Of a DNA stretch of 64,000 nucleotides, positions 20,554 to 31,832 are shown piece after piece. Where the stretch lies: assembly GCA_003230015.1 (NCBI GenBank), contig QIGO01000221.1, forward strand, positions 2,449 through 66,448. Reading direction: 5' to 3'. The notes under the pieces were generated by a model that was not told the DNA's origin, did not search any database, and saw only the letters and a list, made by a program, of their open reading frames with translations. Every line of letters begins with the position of its first letter. The stretch's first letter is position 1. A program made the translations under genes and the position numbers. The DNA is from Alphaproteobacteria bacterium (lineage in GTDB: Bacteria > Pseudomonadota > Alphaproteobacteria > UBA6615).

Positions 20554-23500
20554 TCAAAGCGCCTGCACATCGACGATCCCGGCCAGCGAACGGATCGCCG
20601 CCTGGATCTCCGGACCGCAATTGAACCCGCCTTTGAGCGCCACCACGATTTCCTCATCATCGGTCTGCACGACAAGGCTGACCCGCCCTTTGCCCCTGCC
20701 CACGGCCGCACGCTCTATTAGGCTCCTGAGCGGCCCCAGCGACCCTTTATCCCCGAGCCATATCTGCATACCCGTGGCCTGATCGGCCGCCACATCCTCC
20801 AGCAAAACCACCCGTTGGCCATTGAGCTTGACCTGATCGCCATCCAGCCGCGCCGCCGCCGTGATCAACAGCGGTTTGTCACCGTCCAGCAACGCCTCCG
20901 AATCTGCCAATATCTCGGAAAACAGCATGATTTCGCTCACCCCGCTGGCGTCCGACAGCTGAATGAAGGCATAACGCGAGCCCTTCTGCGAGGTCCGCAG
21001 CTGTTTGCCCAGCACCACCCCGGCCAGTTTTACCGCCGCCGCCCCGCCGGCCGCTTTCACGCTCGCCAGCAGCGCCGCCGAAGGCACGACCCCCAACCGG
21101 GCCAAGGCACCGCTATAGGCATCCAACGGATGGGCGGAGAGGTAAAAGCCGATGGCATCCAATTCTCTCTGCAACCGCTCCGCCTCGGGCCAATCCGCCA
21201 GTTCCGGCAACTGTACGGCTGGCGTCGGCCCGGCCACCCTGTCCCCGAACAGATTGGTCTGGCCCGACTTGCGGTCCTGCTGAACCGTATGCGCGTGGCT
21301 CAACAGCATATCCAGAGACGCGAAGACCCGCGCCCGATTGGCGACGAGACCATCGAACGCTCCCCCCGCCACAAGATTCTCCAACTGACGCTTATTTATG
21401 AAATGCGGGTCGATACGCCCGGCAAAATCGAATGGGTCGCCATAGGGCCCGTTCTTTTCACGCTCGGCCACCAATTGCTCCATCGCCGCCCGGCCCACAC
21501 CTTTGATCGCCCCCAAGGCATAACGGATACCGTATGGCGGCCCATCCGCCCCGTCACCGGGCACATCCTCGACGATAAAGTCAGGCTCCGACCGATTGAT
21601 GTCCGGCGCCAGCAATGGCACCCCCAGGCGCACCAGCTCCTGGCGGAATTCAGCCAGTTTGTCGGTATTGTTCATGTCGTAGGACATCGACGCGGCCAGA
21701 AATTCCACCGGGTAATGTGCCTTCAAATAAGCCGTTTGATAGGCCACCAGCCCATAACCGGCCGAATGCGCCTTGGGGAAACCATAACGCGCAAACTTTT
21801 CCACCAGATCGAAGACATACTCGGCCCGGTCCCTGGGCACCCCGCGCGCCACCGCGCCCTCGATAAAGGCGCCCCGCTGCGCGTCCATCTCGGCCTTGAT
21901 CTTCTTGCCCATGGCCCGCCGCAGCAAATCGGCCTGGCCCAGGGTAAATCCGGCGAACACCTGGGCGATCTGCATCACCTGTTCTTGGTAGATGATGACG
22001 CCGTAGGTATCCTTGACCACCGGCTCGATGCTCTCATGCAGAAATTCCGGCTTTTCCCGGCCATGTTTGCAGGCCGTATATTTGGGAATATTCTCCATCG
22101 GGCCGGGACGGTAGAGCGCCACCAGGGCAACAATGTCCTCGAAGATATTGACCCGTGCCTCGCGCAACAATCGCCGCATGCCGGTACTTTCAAACTGGAA
22201 CACGCCAGTGGTGTCCCCCCGGCTCATCAGATCAAAGGTTTTCTGATCGTCCAGCGGCAACAGCTCCAGATCCACCTCGATCCCACGGCGCGCCAACAGC
22301 TCCACCGCGCGCGTCAGCACCGTTAGCGTTTTCAGCCCCAGGAAATCGAACTTCACCAGGCCCGCCAGTTCCGCATATTTCATGTTGAATTGGGTCGCCA
22401 TGAAGGGCGAGCGCGGGTCCTGGAACAGCGGCACCAATTCTTGCAAGGGACGGTCGCCAATGACCACCCCGGCCGCATGGGTGGACGAATTCCGGTACAG
22501 CCCCTCCAGCTGCAACCCGATATTCAGCAGTTGCGCCACCGCTTCGTCGTCGCGGCGCATCTCTTGCAGCCGCGGCTCTTGTTCGATCCCTTGCGCCAGG
22601 CTTACCGGATTGGCCGGGTTACTCGGCACCATCTTGCTAATCCGGTCCACTTGCCCATAGGGCATCTCCAGCACCCGCCCAACGTCGCGCAAGACGGCCC
22701 GCGCCTGCAGTTTGCCGAAGGTGATGATCTGGGCGACCCGGTCGGCACCATATTTATCCTGCACATACCCTATCACCTCGTCGCGCCGGTCCTGGCAGAA
22801 GTCGATATCGAAATCCGGCATCGATACCCGATCCGGGTTCAGGAAACGCTCGAACAGCAAACCCCACCGCAACGGGTCGAGATCGGTAATCGTCAAGGCC
22901 CAGGCGACCACCGAACCCGCCCCCGATCCACGCCCGGGGCCCACCGGAATACCCTGGCGCTTCGCCCATTTGATAAAGTCGGCGACGATCAGGAAATAGC
23001 CGGCAAATCCCATATCCACGATTACATCCAGCTCGAACTTCAGCCGTGCGCGATAGCGTTCCCCCACTTCCTCGCGTGCCGCCGCGGCCATATCTTCGCT
23101 GTAGACATGACGCTGCAGGCGTACCTCGAGCCCGGCTTCCGCTTGCCCCCTGATTTCTTCGGCCTCGCTCAACCCGCTCTCGGTTTCGAACGGCGGCAAT
23201 ATCGGCTCGCGGGACGTCGGCATATAGGCGCAGCGCCGGGCCACCGCCAGGGTGTTGTCCACCGCCTCGGGCAGGTCGGCGAATAACGCCCGCATCTCCT
23301 TGGCGGTCTTGAAACGATGCTCCGGTGTCACCCGCCGCCGCTCTGTTTGCGATACATAATTGCCGCCGGCAACACACAGCAGTGCGTCATGAGCTTGATA
23401 CATGCCCGCATCGGCAAAAAACGGCTCATTTGTGGCCACCAGCGGCAAATCGCGGCGATAGGCCAGATCGACCAGTCCAGCTTCGATCTGATCTTCAACC

Positions 23501-24051
23501 GCTAGGCCGTGCCGTTGCAGCTCAACATAGAGACGGCCCGGAAACAGCGCCTCCAGCCGCTCGGTCATCGCCACGGCTTCCGGGCCTTGCCCGTGCGCCA
23601 GCAACCGGCCCACCGCACCCTTCGGCCCGCCGGTCAGGGCGATCAAGCCGTCGCTCTTGCCCTCGAAATCGTCCAAACTCAGTTGCGGATCCTGCCCCGG
23701 CTCGCCCTCCAGGAAGGACTTGCTCACCAGAGACATTAAATTCCGGTATCCGGCTTCGTTCTGCACCAGAACCACCAGTTGATCGGGTTCCGGCCCCTTC
23801 CCGGTCATCCCGCCGGCATCCCGCGCCGTGCTGATCGCCAGTTGGCACCCGATGATCGGCTGCACCCCCGCGCCGGCTGCCGCCATGGCGAACTCAAGGG
23901 CGCCAAACAGGTTACCCGAATCGGCAATCGCCACCGCCGGCATCTGCTCGCGCACGCAGGCCGCCACAAGGTCGGGGACCTTGATCGCGCCCTCGGTCAG
24001 GGAAAAGGCGGTATGCACTCGAAGATGAACGAAATCGGCGTGAGAAGGCAT
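20554..24051 (-). CDS. dnaE: DNA polymerase III alpha subunit
   Basis: FVHLRVH PHP domain, GPGRGSGAGS, PDFDIDF, KFDFLGL, LYRPGP; no intein-sized insertion evident. Confidence 0.98.
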   Translation of the reverse strand: MPSHADFVHLRVHTAFSLTEGAIKVPDLVAACVREQMPAVAIADSGNLFGALEFAMAAAGAGVQPIIGCQLAISTARDAGGMTGKGPEPDQLVVLVQNEAGYRNLMSLVSKSFLEGEPGQDPQLSLDDFEGKSDGLIALTGGPKGAVGRLLAHGQGPEAVAMTERLEALFPGRLYVELQRHGLAVEDQIEAGLVDLAYRRDLPLVATNEPFFADAGMYQAHDALLCVAGGNYVSQTERRRVTPEHRFKTAKEMRALFADLPEAVDNTLAVARRCAYMPTSREPILPPFETESGLSEAEEIRGQAEAGLEVRLQRHVYSEDMAAAAREEVGERYRARLKFELDVIVDMGFAGYFLIVADFIKWAKRQGIPVGPGRGSGAGSVVAWALTITDLDPLRWGLLFERFLNPDRVSMPDFDIDFCQDRRDEVIGYVQDKYGADRVAQIITFGKLQARAVLRDVGRVLEMPYGQVDRISKMVPSNPANPVSLAQGIEQEPRLQEMRRDDEAVAQLLNIGLQLEGLYRNSSTHAAGVVIGDRPLQELVPLFQDPRSPFMATQFNMKYAELAGLVKFDFLGLKTLTVLTRAVELLARRGIEVDLELLPLDDQKTFDLMSRGDTTGVFQFESTGMRRLLREARVNIFEDIVALVALYRPGPMENIPKYTACKHGREKPEFLHESIEPVVKDTYGVIIYQEQVMQIAQVFAGFTLGQADLLRRAMGKKIKAEMDAQRGAFIEGAVARGVPRDRAEYVFDLVEKFARYGFPKAHSAGYGLVAYQTAYLKAHYPVEFLAASMSYDMNNTDKLAEFRQELVRLGVPLLAPDINRSEPDFIVEDVPGDGADGPPYGIRYALGAIKGVGRAAMEQLVAEREKNGPYGDPFDFAGRIDPHFINKRQLENLVAGGAFDGLVANRARVFASLDMLLSHAHTVQQDRKSGQTNLFGDRVAGPTPAVQLPELADWPEAERLQRELDAIGFYLSAHPLDAYSGALARLGVVPSAALLASVKAAGGAAAVKLAGVVLGKQLRTSQKGSRYAFIQLSDASGVSEIMLFSEILADSEALLDGDKPLLITAAARLDGDQVKLNGQRVVLLEDVAADQATGMQIWLGDKGSLGPLRSLIERAAVGRGKGRVSLVVQTDDEEIVVALKGGFNCGPEIQAAIRSLAGIVDVQAL

Positions 24052-24056
24052 GCGCT

Positions 24057-24752
24057 CTATTGCCAGGCTGCTTCGATATGCCCCTCGCGCAGGGTAATCG
24101 CCCGGTCCATGCGTTTGGCCAGATCGAAATTATGCGTCGCCACCAGCGCCCCCAATTTAGTCTCCCGCACCAAATCCACCAGTTGCCCGAAGACATCCTC
24201 GGCCGTCGGCGGGTCGAGATTACCGGTCGGCTCGTCGGCCAGCAGCACGCGTGGTTTATTGGCGATCGCCCGCACGATGGCGACCCGCTGCTGCTCGCCG
24301 CCACTGAGCTTCGCCGGCCGGTGCGTAACCCGTTCGGCCAGGCCCATCGCCGTCAGCAATTTCAGCGCCTCCTCCCGGGCCGCTTTGCGGCTGAACCCAT
24401 TAATCATCTGCGGCAACATGACATTTTCCAGCGCTGAAAATTCCGGCAGCAAATGATGAAACTGATAGATGAAACCAAGGCGCGTCAGTCGCAGCCGCGT
24501 CCGCCCGGCCTCCGAGAGCCCCCCACAATCGGTACCGCCAATAGTGACCGCGCCGGCATCGGGCCGTTCCAGCAACCCGGCGATATGTAGCAATGTCGAC
24601 TTGCCCGACCCGGAGGGCCCCACCAGTGCCACCATTTCGCCCGGCTCGATGGACAAGGAGACATCGCGCAGAATTTCAAGCGATTGCCCGGCCTGCGTGA
24701 ATGTCCGCGCCACCGCGGTGAGTGCGAGCGCCGGCGAACCACCCTCACTCAT
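24057..24752 (-). CDS. lolD: Lipoprotein-releasing ABC transporter ATPase
   Basis: [45 protein letters not shown] at 24752. Confidence 0.95.
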   Translation of the reverse strand: MSEGGSPALALTAVARTFTQAGQSLEILRDVSLSIEPGEMVALVGPSGSGKSTLLHIAGLLERPDAGAVTIGGTDCGGLSEAGRTRLRLTRLGFIYQFHHLLPEFSALENVMLPQMINGFSRKAAREEALKLLTAMGLAERVTHRPAKLSGGEQQRVAIVRAIANKPRVLLADEPTGNLDPPTAEDVFGQLVDLVRETKLGALVATHNFDLAKRMDRAITLREGHIEAAWQ

Positions 24753-25989
24753 AACGCAGCGCCTCCACGGGATCGAGCCTCGCGGCCCGCCAGCTTGGAT
24801 AGATCGTCGCCAGCAGCGACAAACCAAGCGCCATTAGAATGACGGTGACCACTTCCGCCGGATCGACCTCGGCCGGCAGCTGACTCAGGAAATAGACCTC
24901 CGCGGAAAACAATTCTGTTCCCGTCAGACCTTGCAGGAATTGCCGAATGCTCTCGATATTGGCGGCGAACGCCAACCCCAATATTGTCCCCAGCACCGTC
25001 CCCACCACACCGATACTCGCTCCGGCAATGAAGAAGATCCGCATCACCATCCCCCGCGACGCCCCCATCGTCCGCAATATGGCGATATCGGCACCTTTAT
25101 CCTTCACCAGCATGATCAGGCTGGAGACAATATTGAAGGCGGCAACCAGGATAATCAGCGTCAGGATCATAAACATCACATTACGTTCGACCTGTAACGC
25201 ATTGAAAAAACTCGAATTAGCCTGCTGCCAATCGAACAGCCGCGCGCGCAGCCCCACCACTTGGTCCAGCGCCGGCCGCACCTCCGCCACCCGATCGGCA
25301 TCGTCGATCAATACTTCCAGTTGGCTCACCGCGTTCGTCAGCTGAAAATATGTTTGCGCGGCGGCGATGGGCATGAACACAAAACTATTGTCATATTCGA
25401 ACATCCCCACTTCGAACGTCCCCACCACGGTGTAGGCCCGTACCCGCGGCACGGTGCCGAACGCGGTGGTGATCCCTTGCGGCGAAACCAGCGTCACTTT
25501 GTTACCCGGCACAAGACCCAGATTGCGCGCCAGCGCGCTGCCCAGAATGACCGCGTCATCGCCCCCAAATGCGTCCAGCGCCCCTTCCGACGTCCCCTCC
25601 GCGACAATCGTGCGCGCCCGCAAATCCTCCTGTGTTACACCGCGAACCATGGCCCCTGCCGACCGCGTCCCGTTGGTCGCCAGGACCTGCCCCTCGACCA
25701 GCGGCGTCACCGACACCACATCGTCGATCTGCAGCAATTCCGCCTGCAATTCCTCATAGTTGGTTAACTCGCCCTGCACGCCCATCACCGCGAAATGGCC
25801 GTTCAGCCCGATGATCCGCCCCAACAGCTCGGAACGGAACCCGTTCATCACCGACAGCACGATGATCAGCGTCGCCACGCCCAACGCGATGCCCAGCAGG
25901 GAGAACAGCGCGATTACCGAAATAAAGCCTTCTTGCCGGCGCGCCCGCATATAGCGCCCGGCGACCATCCATTCAGCCCGGGAGAACAT
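24745..25989 (-). CDS. lolE: Lipoprotein-releasing ABC transporter permease (LolC/E family)
   Basis: [60 protein letters not shown]. Confidence 0.94.
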   Translation of the reverse strand: MFSRAEWMVAGRYMRARRQEGFISVIALFSLLGIALGVATLIIVLSVMNGFRSELLGRIIGLNGHFAVMGVQGELTNYEELQAELLQIDDVVSVTPLVEGQVLATNGTRSAGAMVRGVTQEDLRARTIVAEGTSEGALDAFGGDDAVILGSALARNLGLVPGNKVTLVSPQGITTAFGTVPRVRAYTVVGTFEVGMFEYDNSFVFMPIAAAQTYFQLTNAVSQLEVLIDDADRVAEVRPALDQVVGLRARLFDWQQANSSFFNALQVERNVMFMILTLIILVAAFNIVSSLIMLVKDKGADIAILRTMGASRGMVMRIFFIAGASIGVVGTVLGTILGLAFAANIESIRQFLQGLTGTELFSAEVYFLSQLPAEVDPAEVVTVILMALGLSLLATIYPSWRAARLDPVEALRYE

Positions 25990-26020
25990 CACAGCCTCGC
26001 GTTATGATTCTTGCCAGCTT

Positions 26021-27346
26021 TCAGCCACCCGCTTTGGCGGTGATCCAATTGCGGATCTCGTCCAGTGACAATTCATCGGTGGCACCGCCGGCACGTGGCT
26101 GCAGCTCCACCTTGCCATTCTTGAGACCGCGCGGTCCGATAGTGATACGCCAGGGCAGCCCGATCAGTTCCATGTCGGCGAATTTGCCCCCGGCCCGCTC
26201 GTTACGGTCGTCATAGAGGACGCTAAGCCCGGCGCGTTGTATAAACCCGTAAAGGTCATCGCCCGCGGTATCGCAATCCCTGTCGCCTGACTTCAGATTG
26301 ACTAGGCCGATGAGATAGGGCGCCACCGATTCCGGCCAGATGATGCCTTTGTCATCATGGCTGGCCTCGATGATCGCCCCGGCCAGCCGCGATACACCGA
26401 TGCCATAGCTGCCCATCTCAAGCGCCACCCGTTTGCCGTCGGGCCCCTGTACCACGGCACCCAAAGGTTCGGAATATTTCGTCCCGAAATAGAATATATG
26501 GCCGACTTCGATACCCCGTGCCGTCACCAGTTGATCTTCGCCCACCGGACATTTGTCCGCCACATGCATATCATCGGTCGCCGCATAATACGCCGTCCAT
26601 TTGTCGATCACCGGTTGCAAATCCGCGTCATAGTCCAGCTCCGCGCCCGGCACGTCCATCTCCAGCAACGCCTTGTCGCAAAATACCGCACTTTCGCCCG
26701 TATCGGCCAAAACCACGAATTCATGACTGAGGTCGCCGCCAATGGGTCCGGTATCCGCGCGCATGGGAATCGCCTTCAGCCCCATGCGTTTGAAGGTTCG
26801 CAGATAGGCGACGAACATCTTGTTGTAGGAATGCCTGGCGGCGGCGAAATCCAGATCGAAGGAATAATTATCCTTCATTAGGAACTCGCGCCCCCGCATG
26901 ACACCGAAACGCGGCCGCACCTCATCGCGGAACTTCCACTGGATGTGATAGAGATTCAGCGGTAGATCGCGATAGCTCGAAAGATCGGACGCGAGAATAT
27001 CGGTGATCAGCTCTTCGTTGGTCGGCCCGTAGAGCAAGTCCCGGTCATGCCGGTCCCTGATCCGCAACATCTCTTTGCCGTAATCCTCATAGCGCCCAGA
27101 CTTGCGCCACAGATCGGCCGACTGGATTGTCGGCATCAGGATTTCCTGCGCGCCCGAGGCGTCCTGTTCCTCACGCACGATTTGCTCGACCCGCTTCAGC
27201 ACCCGCAGTCCCAGCGGCAGCCAGCTATAGATACCCGCACTGGCTTGCCGAACCATGCCGGCGCGCAGCATCAGCCGGTGCGACACGATCTGCGCTTCCG
27301 CGGGAGTCTCTCTCAATGTCGGCAGGAATAGTCGGGAGCGGCGCAT
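26021..27346 (-). CDS. proS: Proline--tRNA ligase (short alphaproteobacterial type)
   Basis: [51 protein letters not shown]. Confidence 0.98.
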   Translation of the reverse strand: MRRSRLFLPTLRETPAEAQIVSHRLMLRAGMVRQASAGIYSWLPLGLRVLKRVEQIVREEQDASGAQEILMPTIQSADLWRKSGRYEDYGKEMLRIRDRHDRDLLYGPTNEELITDILASDLSSYRDLPLNLYHIQWKFRDEVRPRFGVMRGREFLMKDNYSFDLDFAAARHSYNKMFVAYLRTFKRMGLKAIPMRADTGPIGGDLSHEFVVLADTGESAVFCDKALLEMDVPGAELDYDADLQPVIDKWTAYYAATDDMHVADKCPVGEDQLVTARGIEVGHIFYFGTKYSEPLGAVVQGPDGKRVALEMGSYGIGVSRLAGAIIEASHDDKGIIWPESVAPYLIGLVNLKSGDRDCDTAGDDLYGFIQRAGLSVLYDDRNERAGGKFADMELIGLPWRITIGPRGLKNGKVELQPRAGGATDELSLDEIRNWITAKAGG

Positions 27347-27420
27347 GACGGTCCTGATCGGTGGCGGTTTGGCCGCGCACAGTAGGCAAAGCCCTTCCGG
27401 CTGTCTATGGCTGCTGGCTG

Positions 27421-27846
27421 TTAGCCGCCGCCCGACGCCGCCTGGCAGAGCCTGGCCAACTCATTCTCGGCATTATTACCCAATGGCTGCCCGTTGAAGG
27501 TGGCGCGGCCCTGACGGTCCACCACCACCGATCCCACTTGGATTTCGCCGCTATAGTTGGCATCGCCGCGTTTCGGCACCCCAAACCGCTTGGCCATATC
27601 CACGGTAATCGGAATTTCGAATTTTTCCGGCAATTGCAATGCCGAACCACCGCCATACTCAGCCGAAGCAACAGGCCGGCCCCGCGAGTCGACCCCTGGC
27701 TGATAGGCAACACTCCCGTCCGGAATATACCGCAGGAGCCGGCTGCAGCTTTCCGGGGAGACGGTGATCACATCGGCCGAAACCGGCGCTGAGACCGCGA
27801 AAACGGCGATGGCAAGCATAATACGGTGTGCCGACATACGACCCAT
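27421..27846 (-). CDS. Hypothetical secreted protein
   Basis: Sec-type signal ([16 protein letters not shown]), two Cys, [13 protein letters not shown] motif; start could be 27846, 27837 or later. Confidence 0.7.
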   Translation of the reverse strand: MGRMSAHRIMLAIAVFAVSAPVSADVITVSPESCSRLLRYIPDGSVAYQPGVDSRGRPVASAEYGGGSALQLPEKFEIPITVDMAKRFGVPKRGDANYSGEIQVGSVVVDRQGRATFNGQPLGNNAENELARLCQAASGGG

Positions 27847-27861
27847 CGTGGCGCTAACGCC

Positions 27862-27877
27862 TTAACAAATTGGTAAC
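27862..27877. promoter_or_regulatory. CtrA-like binding site
   Basis: TTAA-CAAATTG-GTAAC (TTAA-N7-TTAAC with one mismatch) just upstream of the secreted hypothetical gene. Confidence 0.45.
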
Positions 27878-27989
27878 ATCTTCGCCAAATTCCTGTTGTC
27901 GGGTCTCCCATGGACGCGAGGTTGCGCCCTAATTGTCCGGGCCGAAAGCCCTCAGGCGCTGCGGCTCGGCGCACAACTGGGGGAGACAG

Positions 27990-28612
27990 AAAATCGCCAT
28001 TGTCTTGGGTATCTTGGGCACCACCGTGCTCAGCATTGTCTTCGGGCTCAGTGAGTTCCAGGGCATCGTCTCGGCGCCGCCGAACCCGGCCCCCACCTTC
28101 CTGCAACTCGATATCGCCGGCGCTCTTGATGTGACGCTCATATCGGTGATCTTCGCCTTCCTGTTTGTCGATCTTTTCGATACCGCCGGCACATTGGTTG
28201 GCGTTTCCCACCGCGCCGGTCTGCTCGACGAAAAGGTAATCTGCCGCGCCTCGGCAAGGCTCTCACCGCCGATAGTAGCGCCTCTATCGTCGGGTCTTTG
28301 TTCGGCGCCTCCACCACCAGCTATATCGAGAGTGCCGCCGGAGTCCGCACCGGCTTGACCGCCGTCGCCGTCGCCATTCTTTTTCTGCTGGCATTGTTTC
28401 TGGCCCCCCTTGCCAACACCGTCCCACGTTTTGCCACGGCCCCGACGCTGCTTTTTCGCCGGCGTCATCATGGCCGAGGGCCTGATCGAAGTCGTCTGGG
28501 AAGACGTAACCGAATATGTCCCGGCGGTCGTAACGGCCCTCATCATGCCGTTTGCTTTTTCCATCGCGGAAGGCATCGCCATCGGCTTCATCGTCTATGC
28601 CACCATCCAGGG
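27990..28612 (+). pseudogene. Degraded NCS2/AzgA-family purine permease (C-terminal half only)
   Basis: Three frames carry consecutive family motifs: FVDLFDTAGTL; ADS..YIESAAGV-RTGL; W-D-TE--PA..MPF-FSIAEGI. Frameshifts near 28232 and 28455; no N-terminal half. Confidence 0.88.
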
Positions 28613-28691
28613 TTCAGAATCGTCTGCCGGCTCAAGCCCGCCTGGTTGATTTCCGGAACCAGCCGCTCGAACAGGGCCCGCTCGTTAGCCC

Positions 28692-28943
28692 CTAACTGGG
28701 ACGCACCCGGTCACCGAATATCGAGATCACGCCGGTCTCAACCGCCCAAAAAACAACCGCGAAAACCAGCGTCGCAATGAGCGTTGTCACCCCGACTTTC
28801 AGCAACAGCCTCGGATTTGCCGGCGCCCCCGGATCACCCCCCGGCTTAACGTCATCAGACCGGCGGATCCCGAATGGCAGCACCATGAACAGCACCAGCC
28901 ACCATATGATGATGTAGACAACGACCGCACTGACCGGATTCAT
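28692..28943 (-). CDS. DUF1467 family small membrane protein
   Basis: YIIIWWLVLFMVLPFG..G.DPGAP motif; conserved position after mce. Confidence 0.88.
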   Translation of the reverse strand: MNPVSAVVVYIIIWWLVLFMVLPFGIRRSDDVKPGGDPGAPANPRLLLKVGVTTLIATLVFAVVFWAVETGVISIFGDRVRPS

Positions 28944-28947
28944 AGCG

Positions 28948-29352
28948 TTAGGCCTGTTCTAGTTCGATAAGAGTGCCGCAAAAATCCTTGGGCTGCAGAA
29001 ACAAGACTTGTTTGCCATGCGCACCGCGTCTTGGTTCGCCATCCCCCAGCACGCGCGCACCCGCACCTACCAGCTTATCCCGCGCCGCCGCGATATCGGC
29101 GACCTCGTAACAAACATGATGCAGTCCGCCTCCCGGATTGCGCTCCAGAAAACGCCGGATCGGTGAATTCTCCCCCAACGGATGCAACAGCTCGATTTTC
29201 GTATTTTCCAGCGTCACGAACACGGTCGTGACACCATGCTCGGGCAGATCCACCGGCGCCGAGACTTGGCCACCCAACAGTTCGCGATAGACCTGAACGG
29301 CCGCGGCAATATCCGCCACCACGATCGCCACATGATTGAGACGCCCGATCAT
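28948..29352 (-). CDS. mce: Methylmalonyl-CoA epimerase
   Basis: MIGRLNHVAI, EHGV, GGLHHVCYEV, GAHGK, PKDFCGTLIELEQ. Confidence 0.95.
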   Translation of the reverse strand: MIGRLNHVAIVVADIAAAVQVYRELLGGQVSAPVDLPEHGVTTVFVTLENTKIELLHPLGENSPIRRFLERNPGGGLHHVCYEVADIAAARDKLVGAGARVLGDGEPRRGAHGKQVLFLQPKDFCGTLIELEQA

Positions 29353-31046
29353 GGCGCCCCCGGAATTCGCACCAGATGCACGTCCACCGACGGCTTTTTC
29401 CCCATCTCCACCCGAAAGAACCGCCGTACCGCGCGATAAGTCGTCTCCCTGATGGTCCCGTCATCCCGCGACGACCTGTCGGATAGACCATCGAGCGCCT
29501 CGTGGATATCCGCCAGCAAATCCTCCAACAGCGCCGCGTCCCCGTCGCCGTTGCTCAGCAATCCCGGCGCCGAGAGTTGCGGGTCGGCCAACAGATTGCC
29601 TTCCAGGTCGACCACGAGACTCAACACCGCACTGCCATGCCATAACATCCGCTGCCGGTTACGAATGCCCTCGCCCGACAACGAGACAAGACGCGTCCCG
29701 TCCAGAGCCAGCCGGCCATGAGTAACCTGGCCTATCACTTCCGGCTCGTCCCCTGGCGCCAGTTTCAGAACGTCGCCATTGGTCACCACCGGCGTATGCG
29801 GCACCTGGCAGGCCTGAGCCAGTTCCGCATGGGCCAGCATATGTTTGATTTCACCATGCACCGGAACCGCGATTCGCGGCCGCACCCATTGATACATGCT
29901 GATCAGCTCATCCCGGGCCGGATGCCCCGATACATGCACGAAATGGTCCTGGTTGGTCACCACATCGACCCCCAGTTGCAGCAGCTGGTTGTGCAAACGG
30001 CCGATCGACTTCTCGTTGCCGGGAATTTCCCGCGACGAGAACACCGCCACATCCCCTTCTTCCAGACTGATCCTCGGATGATCGCCCCGCGCGATCCGGG
30101 GCAAGGCGGCCCGTGGTTCACCCTGACTGCCTGTGCAAATCAGCAATTGTCGATCTCTGGGAATGCCACCCACATCATATTCGGTAACGAAGTCGGGCAG
30201 ACCCGACAAATAACCGGTCTCCCGGGCCGCCTCGGTAATACGCCACAGCGACCGTCCAACCAGGATCACCCGACGGTCATGGGCCGCCGCCACTTCGGCA
30301 ATCGTCTGCACCCGCGCGATATTACTGGCGAAGCAGGCAAAAACGACTCGGTTTTTATACCCGCCCACCAAATCCATCAGGCTCTCGCGTACCGCCGATT
30401 CCGACCCGGAATCTCCTTCCACCAGCGCGTTGGTGGAATCGCAGATCATCGCCAGCACGCCCTCGTCGCCGAGCCGCCGCAATGCCGCCTCGTCCGCCAG
30501 ATCGCCGATCAGCGGATCCGGGTCCAGCTTCCAGTCCCCCGTGTGCAAAACTGCGCCGGCCCCCGTACGCACGACAACCGCGTTTGGCTCCGGTATCGAA
30601 TGGGTCAGCGTAATGAGTTCCAAATCGAACGGCCCAACCGCGAACCGCCCCGACATGGGGACTTCCGTGATCGTCACCTGACCGTCCAGGCCCGCCTCTT
30701 CAAGCTTGCGCCGCAGCAGTGCCGCGGTGAACGCCGTTGCATACAGCGGACAGCGAAGCAGCGGCCACAGATGGGGCACGGCACCGATATGATCCTCATG
30801 GGCGTGGGTCAGCACCAAACCCGCCAATTGCGCCTTGTGTCGGACGATAAATGCCGGGTCCGGCATGATCACATCGACGCCGGGCGTACTGGCATCGCCG
30901 AAAGTGACGCCACAATCGATCATCAGCCATTGGCCGCCATAACAATACAGGTTGAGATTCATACCGATCTCACCGGCCCCGCCCAAGGGCAGAAAGATCA
31001 GTTCATCGTCGCGCCAGCTGATTTCGGAATCCACATTGACCGCCAC
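29349..31046 (-). CDS. rnj: Ribonuclease J
   Basis: PLGGAGEIGMN, THAHEDHIGA, HTGDWK, TGSQGEP, HVSGH, PVHGE. Confidence 0.97.
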   Translation of the reverse strand: MAVNVDSEISWRDDELIFLPLGGAGEIGMNLNLYCYGGQWLMIDCGVTFGDASTPGVDVIMPDPAFIVRHKAQLAGLVLTHAHEDHIGAVPHLWPLLRCPLYATAFTAALLRRKLEEAGLDGQVTITEVPMSGRFAVGPFDLELITLTHSIPEPNAVVVRTGAGAVLHTGDWKLDPDPLIGDLADEAALRRLGDEGVLAMICDSTNALVEGDSGSESAVRESLMDLVGGYKNRVVFACFASNIARVQTIAEVAAAHDRRVILVGRSLWRITEAARETGYLSGLPDFVTEYDVGGIPRDRQLLICTGSQGEPRAALPRIARGDHPRISLEEGDVAVFSSREIPGNEKSIGRLHNQLLQLGVDVVTNQDHFVHVSGHPARDELISMYQWVRPRIAVPVHGEIKHMLAHAELAQACQVPHTPVVTNGDVLKLAPGDEPEVIGQVTHGRLALDGTRLVSLSGEGIRNRQRMLWHGSAVLSLVVDLEGNLLADPQLSAPGLLSNGDGDAALLEDLLADIHEALDGLSDRSSRDDGTIRETTYRAVRRFFRVEMGKKPSVDVHLVRIPGAP

Positions 31047-31048
31047 CC

Positions 31049-31822
31049 TCAGCCCTCGACATTGCGGTGATAAATTTCCACCAGCCCACGCATCGTCAGG
31101 TCGCCCTGAACGTCATCGATAACCTCGGTGACATCCGCGATCATCCGCGCCAGGCCGCCGGTGGCGACCACGATCATCGGCTCGCCATACTCCTCGCGAA
31201 TGCGCGCGACCATGCCCTCGACCATCGACACATAGCCCCAGAATATCCCCGATTGCATCGCCGACACGGTTGTATCCCCGATCACTTTCTCCGGCCGGCC
31301 GACCGCGATTCTGGGCAGCTGTGCGGCCGCCATGCACAGGGCCTCCACCGAAAGATTGGTCCCCGGCGCGATCACCCCGCCGCAATAATCCCCGGCTGCA
31401 CTAATGATGTCGAATGTCGTCGCCGTACCGAAATCGATGACGATCATCGCCCCTTTATGATGCTGGTGAGCGCCCACCGCGTTCACCAACCTGTCCGCCC
31501 CCACTTGCTCGGGGCGTTTTATCAGGATTTTCAGGTCCAGCTTGACCGACTTGTCCCCCACTACCAGCGGTTCGGTATTGAAATAATTGCGGCTCAGTGC
31601 CAAGAGTTCAAACTCCGCCGACGGCACCACATTGGCGATAATCGCCGCTGTAATGTCACCGGTAGCGATATTCTTCAGGCCCATCAGCTGCGTCAGCCAC
31701 ACCGCATACTCATCGGCCGTGCGGTGAGCATCGGTCGCCGCCCGCCACAATCCGCGCTCCTGGTCGCCGTCGAATACCGCGAAAACCGTATTCGTATTGC
31801 CACAATCTATGGTCAGCAGCAT
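31049..31822 (-). CDS. coaX: Type III pantothenate kinase
   Basis: IDCGNTN, GADR, IDFGTATT, GGVIAPG, ATGG. Confidence 0.96.
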   Translation of the reverse strand: MLLTIDCGNTNTVFAVFDGDQERGLWRAATDAHRTADEYAVWLTQLMGLKNIATGDITAAIIANVVPSAEFELLALSRNYFNTEPLVVGDKSVKLDLKILIKRPEQVGADRLVNAVGAHQHHKGAMIVIDFGTATTFDIISAAGDYCGGVIAPGTNLSVEALCMAAAQLPRIAVGRPEKVIGDTTVSAMQSGIFWGYVSMVEGMVARIREEYGEPMIVVATGGLARMIADVTEVIDDVQGDLTMRGLVEIYHRNVEG

Positions 31823-31832
31823 CGCTTGTGCC

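Noticed and set aside
20815..23286. Long plus-strand ORFs antisense to dnaE (and similar ones opposite bamA, lpxD, rnj, the nuo genes and clpX)
   Set aside because: Shadow ORFs expected from high-GC codon bias; no recognisable motifs and fully overlapped by well-supported genes
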